DNA of 39,244 nt from UHGV virus genome UHGV-0144129; one strand, 5' to 3'. Of the stretch, positions 1 through 7,401 are shown piece by piece. The translations under genes and the position numbers were made by a program. The stretch comes from a virus. How positions within the stretch are numbered: the stretch's first letter is position 1; the number at the start of each line of letters is the position of its first letter. The notes under the pieces were generated by a model. The model saw only the letters and a list, made by a program, of their open reading frames with translations. It had not been told where the DNA came from and made no database searches.

Positions 1-202
1 TTACGTTTATCATGTTAACTCATCATTATTACATCATCACTGTAAATAATTAAATTAACTTCCATAACATTAAAATATGTATCCACTGACGCTTTTTTAC
101 ATAACGAAGAATTGACCATTTTGTCCTGTTGTGCCTTAATGTAAGTACCGTCCACGGCGTGGGACATACTTCAAGGAACCTTTTGTGAGTCAGGCAACCA
201 GT

Positions 203-376
203 ATGCGAAAACGACACCGATTTAACAGTCGCATGACCCGTATCGTACTGCTCATCAGCTTTATCTTCTTCTTTGGCCGTTTTATCTACTCGTCCGTCGG
301 TGCCTGGCAGCACCATCAGAGCAAAAAAGAAGCTCAGCAATCCACACTCTCCGTCGAATCACCGGTACAACGTTAG
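203..376 (+). CDS. small single-TM membrane protein (host)
   Basis: ORF track 185-376 begins with GTG; first in-frame ATG at 203. One hydrophobic helix (IVLLISFIFFFGRFIY) and a polar tail. No family recognised. Confidence 0.3.
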   Translation: MRKRHRFNSRMTRIVLLISFIFFFGRFIYSSVGAWQHHQSKKEAQQSTLSVESPVQR

Positions 377-686
377 CGGTTACCTTCTCCACTCTCACAG
401 AACATAACGGCACCTCGCTGTCGGATGCTTTTGCTCTTTGAGATTATCAAAGCGGCAGATATTCTTTCATCTTAAATTTTACGTTTTTGTTCTGACTGAA
501 GTTCATCCTGTTCGGCTGCGAAATAAATACATCATTAATACATATGTTGTGATGATGTATTTTTATAAATTATTTCCCGCATGAATTTTAATAAATTTAA
601 TCTATTCCTTTATACGCAATACATTTACTTTCCTCTTTTGATGATCTTAAATGTCTCATTTTTCGTAATGTGTATAACAAGGAATA

Positions 687-1205
687 GTGATGAAATTTAA
701 AAAATGTCTTCTGCCTGTGGCAATGTTAGCGTCATTCACTCTGGCAGGATGCCAGTCAAATGCTGATGATCATGCCGCCGATGTTTATCAAACCGATCAA
801 CTGAATACCAAACAAGAAACTAAAACCGTTAATATTATTTCCATTCTTCCCGCAAAAGTTGCCGTAGACAACGCCCAAAATAAACGGAACGCACAAGCCT
901 TCGGCGCGCTTATTGGCGCTGTCGCTGGCGGTGTTATCGGCCACAACGTCGGGTCTGGCAGCAATTCCGGAACGACAGCAGGTGCAGTTGGCGGCGGAGC
1001 TGTTGGCGCAGCAGCGGGTTCTATGGTGAATGATAAAACCTTAGTGGAAGGTGTTTCTTTAACATATAAGGAAGGCACCAAAGTGTATACCTCCACCCAG
1101 GTGGGTAAAGAGTGCCAGTTTACGACAGGTTTAGCCGTTGTTATTACCACGACGTATAACGAAACGCGTATTCAGCCAAATACCAAATGTCCTGAAAAGA
1201 GCTAA
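687..1205 (+). CDS. outer-membrane lipoprotein, glycine-zipper type
   Basis: Signal peptide ending in lipobox LAGC. Long Gly/Ala zipper (GALIGAVAGGVIGHNVGSG...) typical of OsmB/YcfJ-like lipoproteins. The antisense ORFs over it come from the same Gly/Ala-rich repeat. Confidence 0.6.
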   Translation: MMKFKKCLLPVAMLASFTLAGCQSNADDHAADVYQTDQLNTKQETKTVNIISILPAKVAVDNAQNKRNAQAFGALIGAVAGGVIGHNVGSGSNSGTTAGAVGGGAVGAAAGSMVNDKTLVEGVSLTYKEGTKVYTSTQVGKECQFTTGLAVVITTTYNETRIQPNTKCPEKS

Positions 1206-1220
1206 TAATCAGGAGGAGTC

Positions 1221-1760
1221 ATGAAGAAAGTTTTTCTTTGCGCCATCTTAGCCTCCTTAAGCTATCCGGCTATCGCCTCATCATTGCAGGATCAACTCTC
1301 GGCTGTCGCAGAAGCGGAACAGCAAGGTAAAAATGAAGAGCAAAGGCAGCATGACGAATGGGTCGCGGAGCGCAACAGGGAAATCCAGCAAGAGAAGCAA
1401 CGTCGCGCAAACGCCCAGGCCGCGGCTAATAAAAGAGCGGCAACGGCAGCAGCGAATAAGAAAGCTCGTCAGGATAAACTGGACGCCGAAGCCACTGCGG
1501 ACAAAAAACGCGATCAAAGTTATGAAGATGAGCTACGTAGCTTAGAGATTCAGAAACAAAAACTGGCGCTGGCGAAAGAAGAAGCCCGCGTCAAGCGCGA
1601 AAACGAATTTATCGATCAGGAACTGAAGCACAAAGCTGCGCAAACCGATGTGGTGCAATCTGAAGCTGACGCAAACAGAAATATGACTGAAGGCGGTCGC
1701 GATCTGATGAAAAGCGTGGGTAAAGCAGAAGAGAACAAATCGGACAGCTGGTTTAATTAA
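1221..1760 (+). CDS. secreted coiled-coil protein (DUF1090-like)
   Basis: SD aggagg 8 nt upstream of ATG. Signal peptide (..AIASS), then a K/E/Q/A-rich heptad-like sequence. Family assignment is from memory of composition only. Confidence 0.45.
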   Translation: MKKVFLCAILASLSYPAIASSLQDQLSAVAEAEQQGKNEEQRQHDEWVAERNREIQQEKQRRANAQAAANKRAATAAANKKARQDKLDAEATADKKRDQSYEDELRSLEIQKQKLALAKEEARVKRENEFIDQELKHKAAQTDVVQSEADANRNMTEGGRDLMKSVGKAEENKSDSWFN

Positions 1761-1800
1761 TCGATGTAAGTAACTTCAAGCCTATAATTCTTGAAGATAA

Positions 1801-1835
1801 AAAACCCTCTGTAGTAACAGAGGGTTTTGTTCATT
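1801..1835 (+). terminator. rho-independent terminator after the host gene pair
   Basis: aaaaccctctgt-agtaac-agagggtttt hairpin followed by a T-run. Confidence 0.55.
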
Positions 1836-2087
1836 CATAGTGCAGGGATCAAAATCATTCCCACTCAGCTATCAATGAGAAAATAAAATATAAATAAATC
1901 AATGCATTGAAACAAACCACTTAGCAGATACCACGAAAAATACCATGTCTCAATAATAGAGCTGTCTACAGGCTGTTCAGACGAACAATATGGCCGCTCT
2001 ACTCCTAATAGAGTCCTTAGCTCGGTCACATCACTAATTTCAACATAGATGTGAACAAAATGAGGCATCAACGCACCTATTCAGTTA

Positions 2088-3602
2088 GTGTATTTGATAT
2101 CGTATGTGGCAACAAAAAATGGAGTTACAATCTTGAAAGTAAGCGAGTTATCTAGCCAAATTGGCCGACTTTACGGCTTAAACAACATCAACATAATTAT
2201 GGGCCGAAACGGTGCGGGAAAAAGTCGTTTCCTTCGTGATATCGAACAAACAATCAGCCAGAACAAGCAGCAATTTTATGTCCGGTATGTAAGTCCAGAG
2301 CGAGCAGGATCGTTCAAGCGTGATGGCACCGTCCTCACAAATATGAGCGACAACCCCGAATGGCTGAGGCACACTCGGGCAGTTAATCAGGCAAGCAACT
2401 TCAAAGCTGCATCGGCTATGCTATTTCGCGAGGCCGAGACGCTTTACTTACGTCGACTTGCCAATACTCCGGAAATTCGAACTGATCTAACGCGAAACTT
2501 TCAGACAGACCGATTAAGTAAAATTAATCAGCTTCTCACTAACATTTCGCTCGAGATGGGTAATGTCGATTATGAGTTTCGATCACTTGTAGATGGTCAG
2601 ATTATTGATCCGGCCCAAATCAGTAGCGGTGAATCGGAAGCGGTTGCATTAGCCGCGGAAATCATCTATTTCTTCGACACAATAGATCCGGAGAAATTCA
2701 ACGTACTCCTCCTCGATGAGCCTGATGTACATCTGCACCCCGACCTCCAAGCTAGACTGGGCAAGCTGATAATCAGTATGCTCGACGAATTTAGAACACA
2801 CGCGAACAGTATTGCCATATGCTTATCCACCCATAGTTCCCCGCTCGTCTGTTCTCTTGCCGCCTCCCCATATGTATCAATCGGCACGAAGAGCTTTGCA
2901 GTGAATGAAATCTCATTGATACCGGCCAGCGATGAACTTCGAAAGATTGCACCATTCTTCGGGCACCCCCTATCGCTTTCTCTTAGCGAAGACGCTGCAT
3001 TAATTTTGGAAGGAGAGGACGACGAACGAGTCTGGCAACAAGCGGCCAGAACATCACAGGGTCGAATAAAAATCTTTCCCGTACTAGCAGGTAGCGTAGA
3101 TCAACAGAGTCAACTTGAGGATTTTTGCGTAGACCTCCTTAGTACACTCTATGACAATCCAATCGCCTTTTCCCTTCGTGATGGCGATGGTGTAATCAAC
3201 GAGTCGCTTGAACATCGCCTACCTCTTAAACGCTATCGCTTACGATGCTACGCTATCGAAAATGTTCTTTTGACTGATTCATGCCTTGCAGTAATGAATG
3301 TTACATGGGTGGAATTTGTAGACGCAGCCAAAAAATGGGTTGAGGATAATCAAACACACTCCGACATAGCGTTGATTGCAAAACTAATGGAATCGAACGA
3401 CCGATTGCGTCACAAGAAGATCAAGAAAATCCGCCAACTCGTCTGTGCTATTGTTGAGTGTAAAAAACCTTGGGAGGTAGTAGTTGGACAAGCAATCGGG
3501 GCATTGACCAGAGAAGACCTTGAAAACTCGAATATGTTGATCGATTTTCTTGGAGGAGAGATGGTCAGCGACGTCATCTTCAGGGACGCAATAAACCCAT
3601 GA
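2088..3602 (+). CDS. OLD-family-like ABC ATPase with Toprim-like nuclease domain (GajA / AriAB-like), putative anti-phage defence protein
   Basis: Walker A GRNGAGKS, ABC signature SSGESEAVALAAEI, Walker B VLLLDEPDVHLHP, H-loop LSTHS. C-terminal half has a Toprim-type glutamate (LILEGEDDE) and a DxD (LRDGDGV) about 60 aa later. Start uncertain: GTG at 2088 or TTG at 2133 preceded by GGAG. Confidence 0.55.
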   Translation: MYLISYVATKNGVTILKVSELSSQIGRLYGLNNINIIMGRNGAGKSRFLRDIEQTISQNKQQFYVRYVSPERAGSFKRDGTVLTNMSDNPEWLRHTRAVNQASNFKAASAMLFREAETLYLRRLANTPEIRTDLTRNFQTDRLSKINQLLTNISLEMGNVDYEFRSLVDGQIIDPAQISSGESEAVALAAEIIYFFDTIDPEKFNVLLLDEPDVHLHPDLQARLGKLIISMLDEFRTHANSIAICLSTHSSPLVCSLAASPYVSIGTKSFAVNEISLIPASDELRKIAPFFGHPLSLSLSEDAALILEGEDDERVWQQAARTSQGRIKIFPVLAGSVDQQSQLEDFCVDLLSTLYDNPIAFSLRDGDGVINESLEHRLPLKRYRLRCYAIENVLLTDSCLAVMNVTWVEFVDAAKKWVEDNQTHSDIALIAKLMESNDRLRHKKIKKIRQLVCAIVECKKPWEVVVGQAIGALTREDLENSNMLIDFLGGEMVSDVIFRDAINP

Positions 3603-3617
3603 GAATGACCTGATACT

Positions 3618-4013
3618 ATGACCACGATTGATCCGCCCTCATGGTATCAGTATTTATTTTATAACCCGCCTCTCAATACACCAAGAGATTGCGGTAAAGT
3701 GGAGCAGCATGATTACCAGCTTTATCTGGCGATAAATGATATTGAGCATACGAAAACGAAAGCAATGTCATCTAAGACCAATAGTATCTGCGAGCAGTTC
3801 CATAAAACGATACTGAACGAGTTTTATCAGGTGACGTTCCGCAAAAAGTTATATGATGATCTTGAAGCATTACAATCGGTTCTTGATGAATGGCGGGTTC
3901 ACTATAATAATGAGCGAACCCATCAGGGAAAAATGTGCAGTGGCCGAACGCCGATGGAAACGTTACTTGATGGAAAGCACATCTGGGATGAGAAAAACTT
4001 AAGCCAGATGTAA
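3618..4013 (+). pseudogene. C-terminal remnant of a DDE (rve-type) IS transposase
   Basis: KTNSICEQFHKTILNEFY ... YNNERTHQGKMCSGRTPMETL resembles the C-terminal end of an integrase-core domain (IS481/IS3-like). No N-terminal HTH or DDE core upstream. No inverted repeats recognised. Confidence 0.4.
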
Positions 4014-4100
4014 TCTGACAGATACCTTTATAAATAGCCGGTAATTGTCAGATCAGGTCTGATCTAATACAACTTAACTGTGTTATGAGCAATACTGAGG

Positions 4101-4877
4101 ATGGATATGGAACCAGAGAAATTTGCTGAAACTGCAATAGGATTTACCAAAAGCCCTCTTGGTATCATTGCACTCTTTATTGTTCTCGTTTATGGATTTG
4201 CCTCTTTCGTCGTTGGCTTTGGTAATGGCTTATCAGAGCATATAGCTCCCCTTATTTATTTCATGGTTTTCTTTCCTGTCATTGTGTTTCTTGGCTTTCT
4301 CTGGCTTGTTGCGAAACATCATAATAAGCTTTACGGGCCGTCAGATTTCAAAGATGAAAATAATTTTTTAAGAGCGCAAATAGCTACAGCAGCATCATTG
4401 ACCGCCGCCACAGCAAAACAGCCTGAAAATAGTGCAGGGGTCACTGAAAGCCAACTGCGAAAAATCGTCAACGTTGTATCCAATGCAAAACGGCAGAGTA
4501 AGCATGAAAAATGGCGAAATCGTATTTTATGGGTGGATGATCGACCAGAAAATAATGTTTACGAAAGACAGGCATTTGAGGCACAGGGAATAGAGTTCGC
4601 TTTAGCTCTTTCAACTGACGAAGCCTTAGAATTGTTAAAAACAAATAAGTTTGCAGCTATTATTTCGGATATGGATCGCAAAGAAGGGGCGCAAGAAGGT
4701 TATGTCTTACTAGAAAGATTACGCGCAATGGGAGACAAAACTCCTTTTATGATCTATGCGTCCTCAGATCTACCAGAGCACAAGAGAATGGCGAGAGAAA
4801 GAGGTGCAATTGGCTCCACTAATCGAGCAGAAGAACTCTTTCAAATTGTCATGGGTGCGATTACCAATGGCTCATAA
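4101..4877 (+). CDS. two-TM membrane protein with C-terminal CheY-like receiver (REC-like) domain
   Basis: Two hydrophobic helices at the N-terminus. C-terminus reads beta1 ILWVDD, beta3 AAIISDMDRKEG (Asp at acceptor position), beta4 FMIYASS, then a Lys-containing segment. AT-rich codon usage. Confidence 0.45.
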   Translation: MDMEPEKFAETAIGFTKSPLGIIALFIVLVYGFASFVVGFGNGLSEHIAPLIYFMVFFPVIVFLGFLWLVAKHHNKLYGPSDFKDENNFLRAQIATAASLTAATAKQPENSAGVTESQLRKIVNVVSNAKRQSKHEKWRNRILWVDDRPENNVYERQAFEAQGIEFALALSTDEALELLKTNKFAAIISDMDRKEGAQEGYVLLERLRAMGDKTPFMIYASSDLPEHKRMARERGAIGSTNRAEELFQIVMGAITNGS

Positions 4878-5092
4878 CAAAGCCATTAAATTCGCCCCCT
4901 ACGGCTACGGTTGCCGGGCGCTCACAACGGCCAGTATCTCATTTGTCGATTTGATCGATCTCATTGTAAGCACTTCCGGCTAGACTGTTTTGGAATACCG
5001 CCATTTTGTTGGTAATGGCTTTTATCTTTAGGCCATAGCCGATGTTATAGAGTTACGGCCTTAAAAATAGAAGTCATACACTCAATGAAAAA

Positions 5093-5130
5093 CCAATAAA
5101 AAATGCCAGTCAGCAAACTGACTGGCATTA
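5093..5130 (-). terminator. rho-independent terminator closing the phage late/lysis operon
   Basis: Perfect hairpin aatgccagtcag-caaa-ctgactggcatt. On the minus strand it is followed by a T6 run. Confidence 0.55.
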
Positions 5131-5273
5131 AAGTTAGTTGGAAAGGCTTAATTTACTATTTATAGCCAGTCCTACTCCCACTCAATTATTTACGGCATGC
5201 ATAACCAATTGACTGGTAACAACTTTCTGTAACCTTATTTTCACCGTACCGTTTTATATACCGTCACCGGAAA

Positions 5274-5771
5274 TCAGTGCCACGATTTTTGCTTCTTCAG
5301 TGAATCGTATTGCTGCTCGCAGAATTCCCCTGCGATACGATACTTTTCAGCCTCAGCTGCTGTTGCGTTGTAAACTCGGTTGCTTTCTTCAAGCATGTCG
5401 GCGAGCACACCGATGACCTTGCTGGCTGGCGTGCCAGGGGGGAAAGATCCGGTATAGTGTTCGGCGAGCCGCCTGGTTTTGTCAAGCTCGGCGCGCATGC
5501 TGTCAGCAGCGGAATTAGCATACTCAGCATCAGCACGCGCCGCATCGATACGGGATTGTGCTTCACGTTCAATTTGTGTTTTCTCCTGCTCACGCTGTGA
5601 CCTTAACTTATCATCAGCCTGTTTCTGATCTTCCTTCGCCTGAGCATACCCGGCATCGTACTGGCGGCTGCCATGCACATTCCAGGCAACAACGCAGCTG
5701 GCCACCAGAGCAGCAAGCATCGACACGATAAGCAACTGTTTCCAGTATGCTTTCACGAATGCCTTGATCAT
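5274..5771 (-). CDS. Rz-like i-spanin
   Basis: N-terminal TM (LLIVSMLAALVASCVVAW) then a charged coiled coil. Last gene of the lysis cassette. ATGA overlap with the upstream gene. Confidence 0.6.
   Translation of the reverse strand: MIKAFVKAYWKQLLIVSMLAALVASCVVAWNVHGSRQYDAGYAQAKEDQKQADDKLRSQREQEKTQIEREAQSRIDAARADAEYANSAADSMRAELDKTRRLAEHYTGSFPPGTPASKVIGVLADMLEESNRVYNATAAEAEKYRIAGEFCEQQYDSLKKQKSWH
5297..5545 (-). CDS. Rz1-like o-spanin lipoprotein, embedded in the +1 frame of Rz
   Basis: Internal Met of ORF 5297-5593 gives MRRVLMLSMLIPLLTAC with lipobox LTAC, followed by a Pro-rich mature part. Lies entirely inside Rz. Confidence 0.5.
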   Translation of the reverse strand: MRRVLMLSMLIPLLTACAPSLTKPGGSPNTIPDLSPLARQPARSSVCSPTCLKKATEFTTQQQLRLKSIVSQGNSASSNTIH

Positions 5772-5992
5772 ATACTTACCTTCGGCTGAAATCGGCGAAC
5801 GTTAATTGGCTCACCATATGGCCATGACCAATTCAGCCAGGTAAATGTTTTCAGCTCGCACATCGCATCGAAAAATTCACCAGGATCGATGTCGGAATAG
5901 CTGCAAACTATTTCCAGACCACGTTCTGTTTCTTGCAAAGCAACTGTATCTGTTTCCCAGCGGGGAATGAGCAAAGAAAATAGTTTATTCAT
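5768..5992 (-). CDS. hypothetical protein, translationally coupled between endolysin and Rz
   Basis: Start ATG at 5992 overlaps the endolysin stop (ATGA); its own stop overlaps the Rz start. 74 aa, Trp-rich, no family recognised. Confidence 0.4.
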   Translation of the reverse strand: MNKLFSLLIPRWETDTVALQETERGLEIVCSYSDIDPGEFFDAMCELKTFTWLNWSWPYGEPINVRRFQPKVSI

Positions 5993-6615
5993 AAAAGCAC
6001 CTTCTTGGCCGAAAGATACCGTACACGGCGATCGTCGATGCCGTTCCGGCCACCATTGATAATCAGAGTTACACGTGCAATATCGCCGGTATACTTCATG
6101 CATCCTTTGCTGGCGAAGAACCACGCCGCGCTACGAGCCGCGTATTCGTCCTGCACCAACAGTTCAGGATTCTCCAGCAGGTCCACTTTCAGGCCGTTTC
6201 CGCAATCACGATAGTTATTCAAACCGGTAATCTGGATAAGTCCGCGGCCACGGTAATTCCAGCCATCACCAGAGGCATTGTTCCCCATGCGTTTGCTGTA
6301 CACCAGATTGGCAATCGCACGCTGGCGCTCAGGTGGCAATGGTGGCTCGCCTGCACGACGACCCAATGCGTTAGCCTGTCCCTGAGTAAGACGACCGGCA
6401 CGAACGAAGTTAGCCAGTCCGGTGACGCTGTAATTGAAATTCTCCTGCAACCTGGTGAAGCCACCAGACTCATGCCCGACCTGAGCAATAAACATTGCCT
6501 GATCTTCGGGTTTTCTGATACCAAACTCTTTCATCGCAGAAGTTATATGCGAGAACCAGCGTGCGGCCAGAGCCTCGCTAATACCAGCAGCTCGCTGGAA
6601 TTGTTTAATCTCCAT
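5989..6615 (-). CDS. endolysin, glycoside hydrolase family 19-like
   Basis: Internal Met ([11 protein letters not shown]...) preceded by [16 protein letters not shown] matches the GH19 catalytic-region signature (AQxxHETGG). Follows the holin-like genes. Confidence 0.7.
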   Translation of the reverse strand: MEIKQFQRAAGISEALAARWFSHITSAMKEFGIRKPEDQAMFIAQVGHESGGFTRLQENFNYSVTGLANFVRAGRLTQGQANALGRRAGEPPLPPERQRAIANLVYSKRMGNNASGDGWNYRGRGLIQITGLNNYRDCGNGLKVDLLENPELLVQDEYAARSAAWFFASKGCMKYTGDIARVTLIINGGRNGIDDRRVRYLSAKKVLL

Positions 6616-6913
6616 GTTTAGACCTCGATGTTTTGAAAATCTGAACAACGTTACCGCGTGTTTTAATAACCGCGGCAAGCATGACAGCGTTGATAATGAC
6701 CTCAGATAAATCCACAGCCATTGGCGTACGTAACCAGATTGCATAGGCGACACGAACAGGAATACTGGCCGCAGCAACAATAAGGAAATAAGCAAGCCAC
6801 CCTCCCCATCTTCGATGTTGAGAGCCGTTACGCCGGAATGTGACAACGCGAATTGCTATGCCAGTACAAATAATTGCATTGGTGATAAGCAAAACAAGCT
6901 CATTAGTTACCAT
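6605..6913 (-). CDS. holin-like small membrane protein
   Basis: 102 aa with 2-3 predicted TM helices and a basic C-terminus. Overlaps the endolysin start by 11 nt. Confidence 0.45.
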   Translation of the reverse strand: MVTNELVLLITNAIICTGIAIRVVTFRRNGSQHRRWGGWLAYFLIVAAASIPVRVAYAIWLRTPMAVDLSEVIINAVMLAAVIKTRGNVVQIFKTSRSKHGD

Positions 6914-7313
6914 CGCCTTTTCTCCCAGGAATTAACTGGCGTGGATTATCAGAACGGTGATAGAGCCATATACCAATTCGCACTGCGACAATTGCTGACA
7001 CGAATGCGCCAGCAGAGAAAACAATCCCTTTCTCGAAAGAGTCCTGCGTGATGGTAGGTATCATGCTGGCTATTCCGATAAGAATTGATGTTGTTGGTTT
7101 GTAAAAGAGAAGACCACAAAGAAAGCTGAGTATCGACAAGAGTACACGACGACGAACAGGATACTCTACAGCAGAGGTAACAAATATTACCGCACCAGCC
7201 AGAGCACCGAGAGCCACCTCTGGCGGAACGCCGTAGACGACAGAGGCCAGCGCACCCAAGCTTAACCCTTGATTCAGTGAATCCGCCGTAACCGTGCCAT
7301 TCATGGTAACCAC
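6903..7313 (-). CDS. holin/antiholin-like membrane protein
   Basis: 136 aa with several hydrophobic helices, immediately downstream of the tail fibre gene and upstream of the endolysin. Confidence 0.4.
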   Translation of the reverse strand: MVTMNGTVTADSLNQGLSLGALASVVYGVPPEVALGALAGAVIFVTSAVEYPVRRRVLLSILSFLCGLLFYKPTTSILIGIASMIPTITQDSFEKGIVFSAGAFVSAIVAVRIGIWLYHRSDNPRQLIPGRKGDGN

Positions 7314-7401
7314 CGTTTATTGTGCATAAAAACCCCCTTAGAAGATGAGGTCCATCATACACAATAAACCATTTACGGATAATAATTACCTAAACTTGGT
7401 C

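Noticed and set aside
50-340. 96-aa minus-strand ORF at the window start
   Set aside because: Overlaps the better plus-strand small membrane ORF, has no RBS and a low-complexity sequence. Likely spurious.
756-1150. Two antisense ORFs (62 and 117 aa) inside the lipoprotein gene
   Set aside because: They arise from the Gly/Ala-rich zipper repeat read on the other strand (Pro/Ala-rich translation). No independent signals.
1281-1545. Overlapping ORFs within the coiled-coil protein gene
   Set aside because: Alternative frames of a low-complexity K/E/A-rich gene. No RBS.
4878-5270. Attachment site or integrase at the prophage boundary
   Set aside because: The region holds only a terminator and AT-rich spacer. 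Without the other prophage end, no att core repeat can be identified, and no integrase ORF is present in the window.
6949-7362. 137-aa Cys-rich minus-strand ORF overlapping the holin-like gene
   Set aside because: Different frame of the same DNA. The hydrophobic-frame ORF (6903-7313) fits a membrane lysis protein better.
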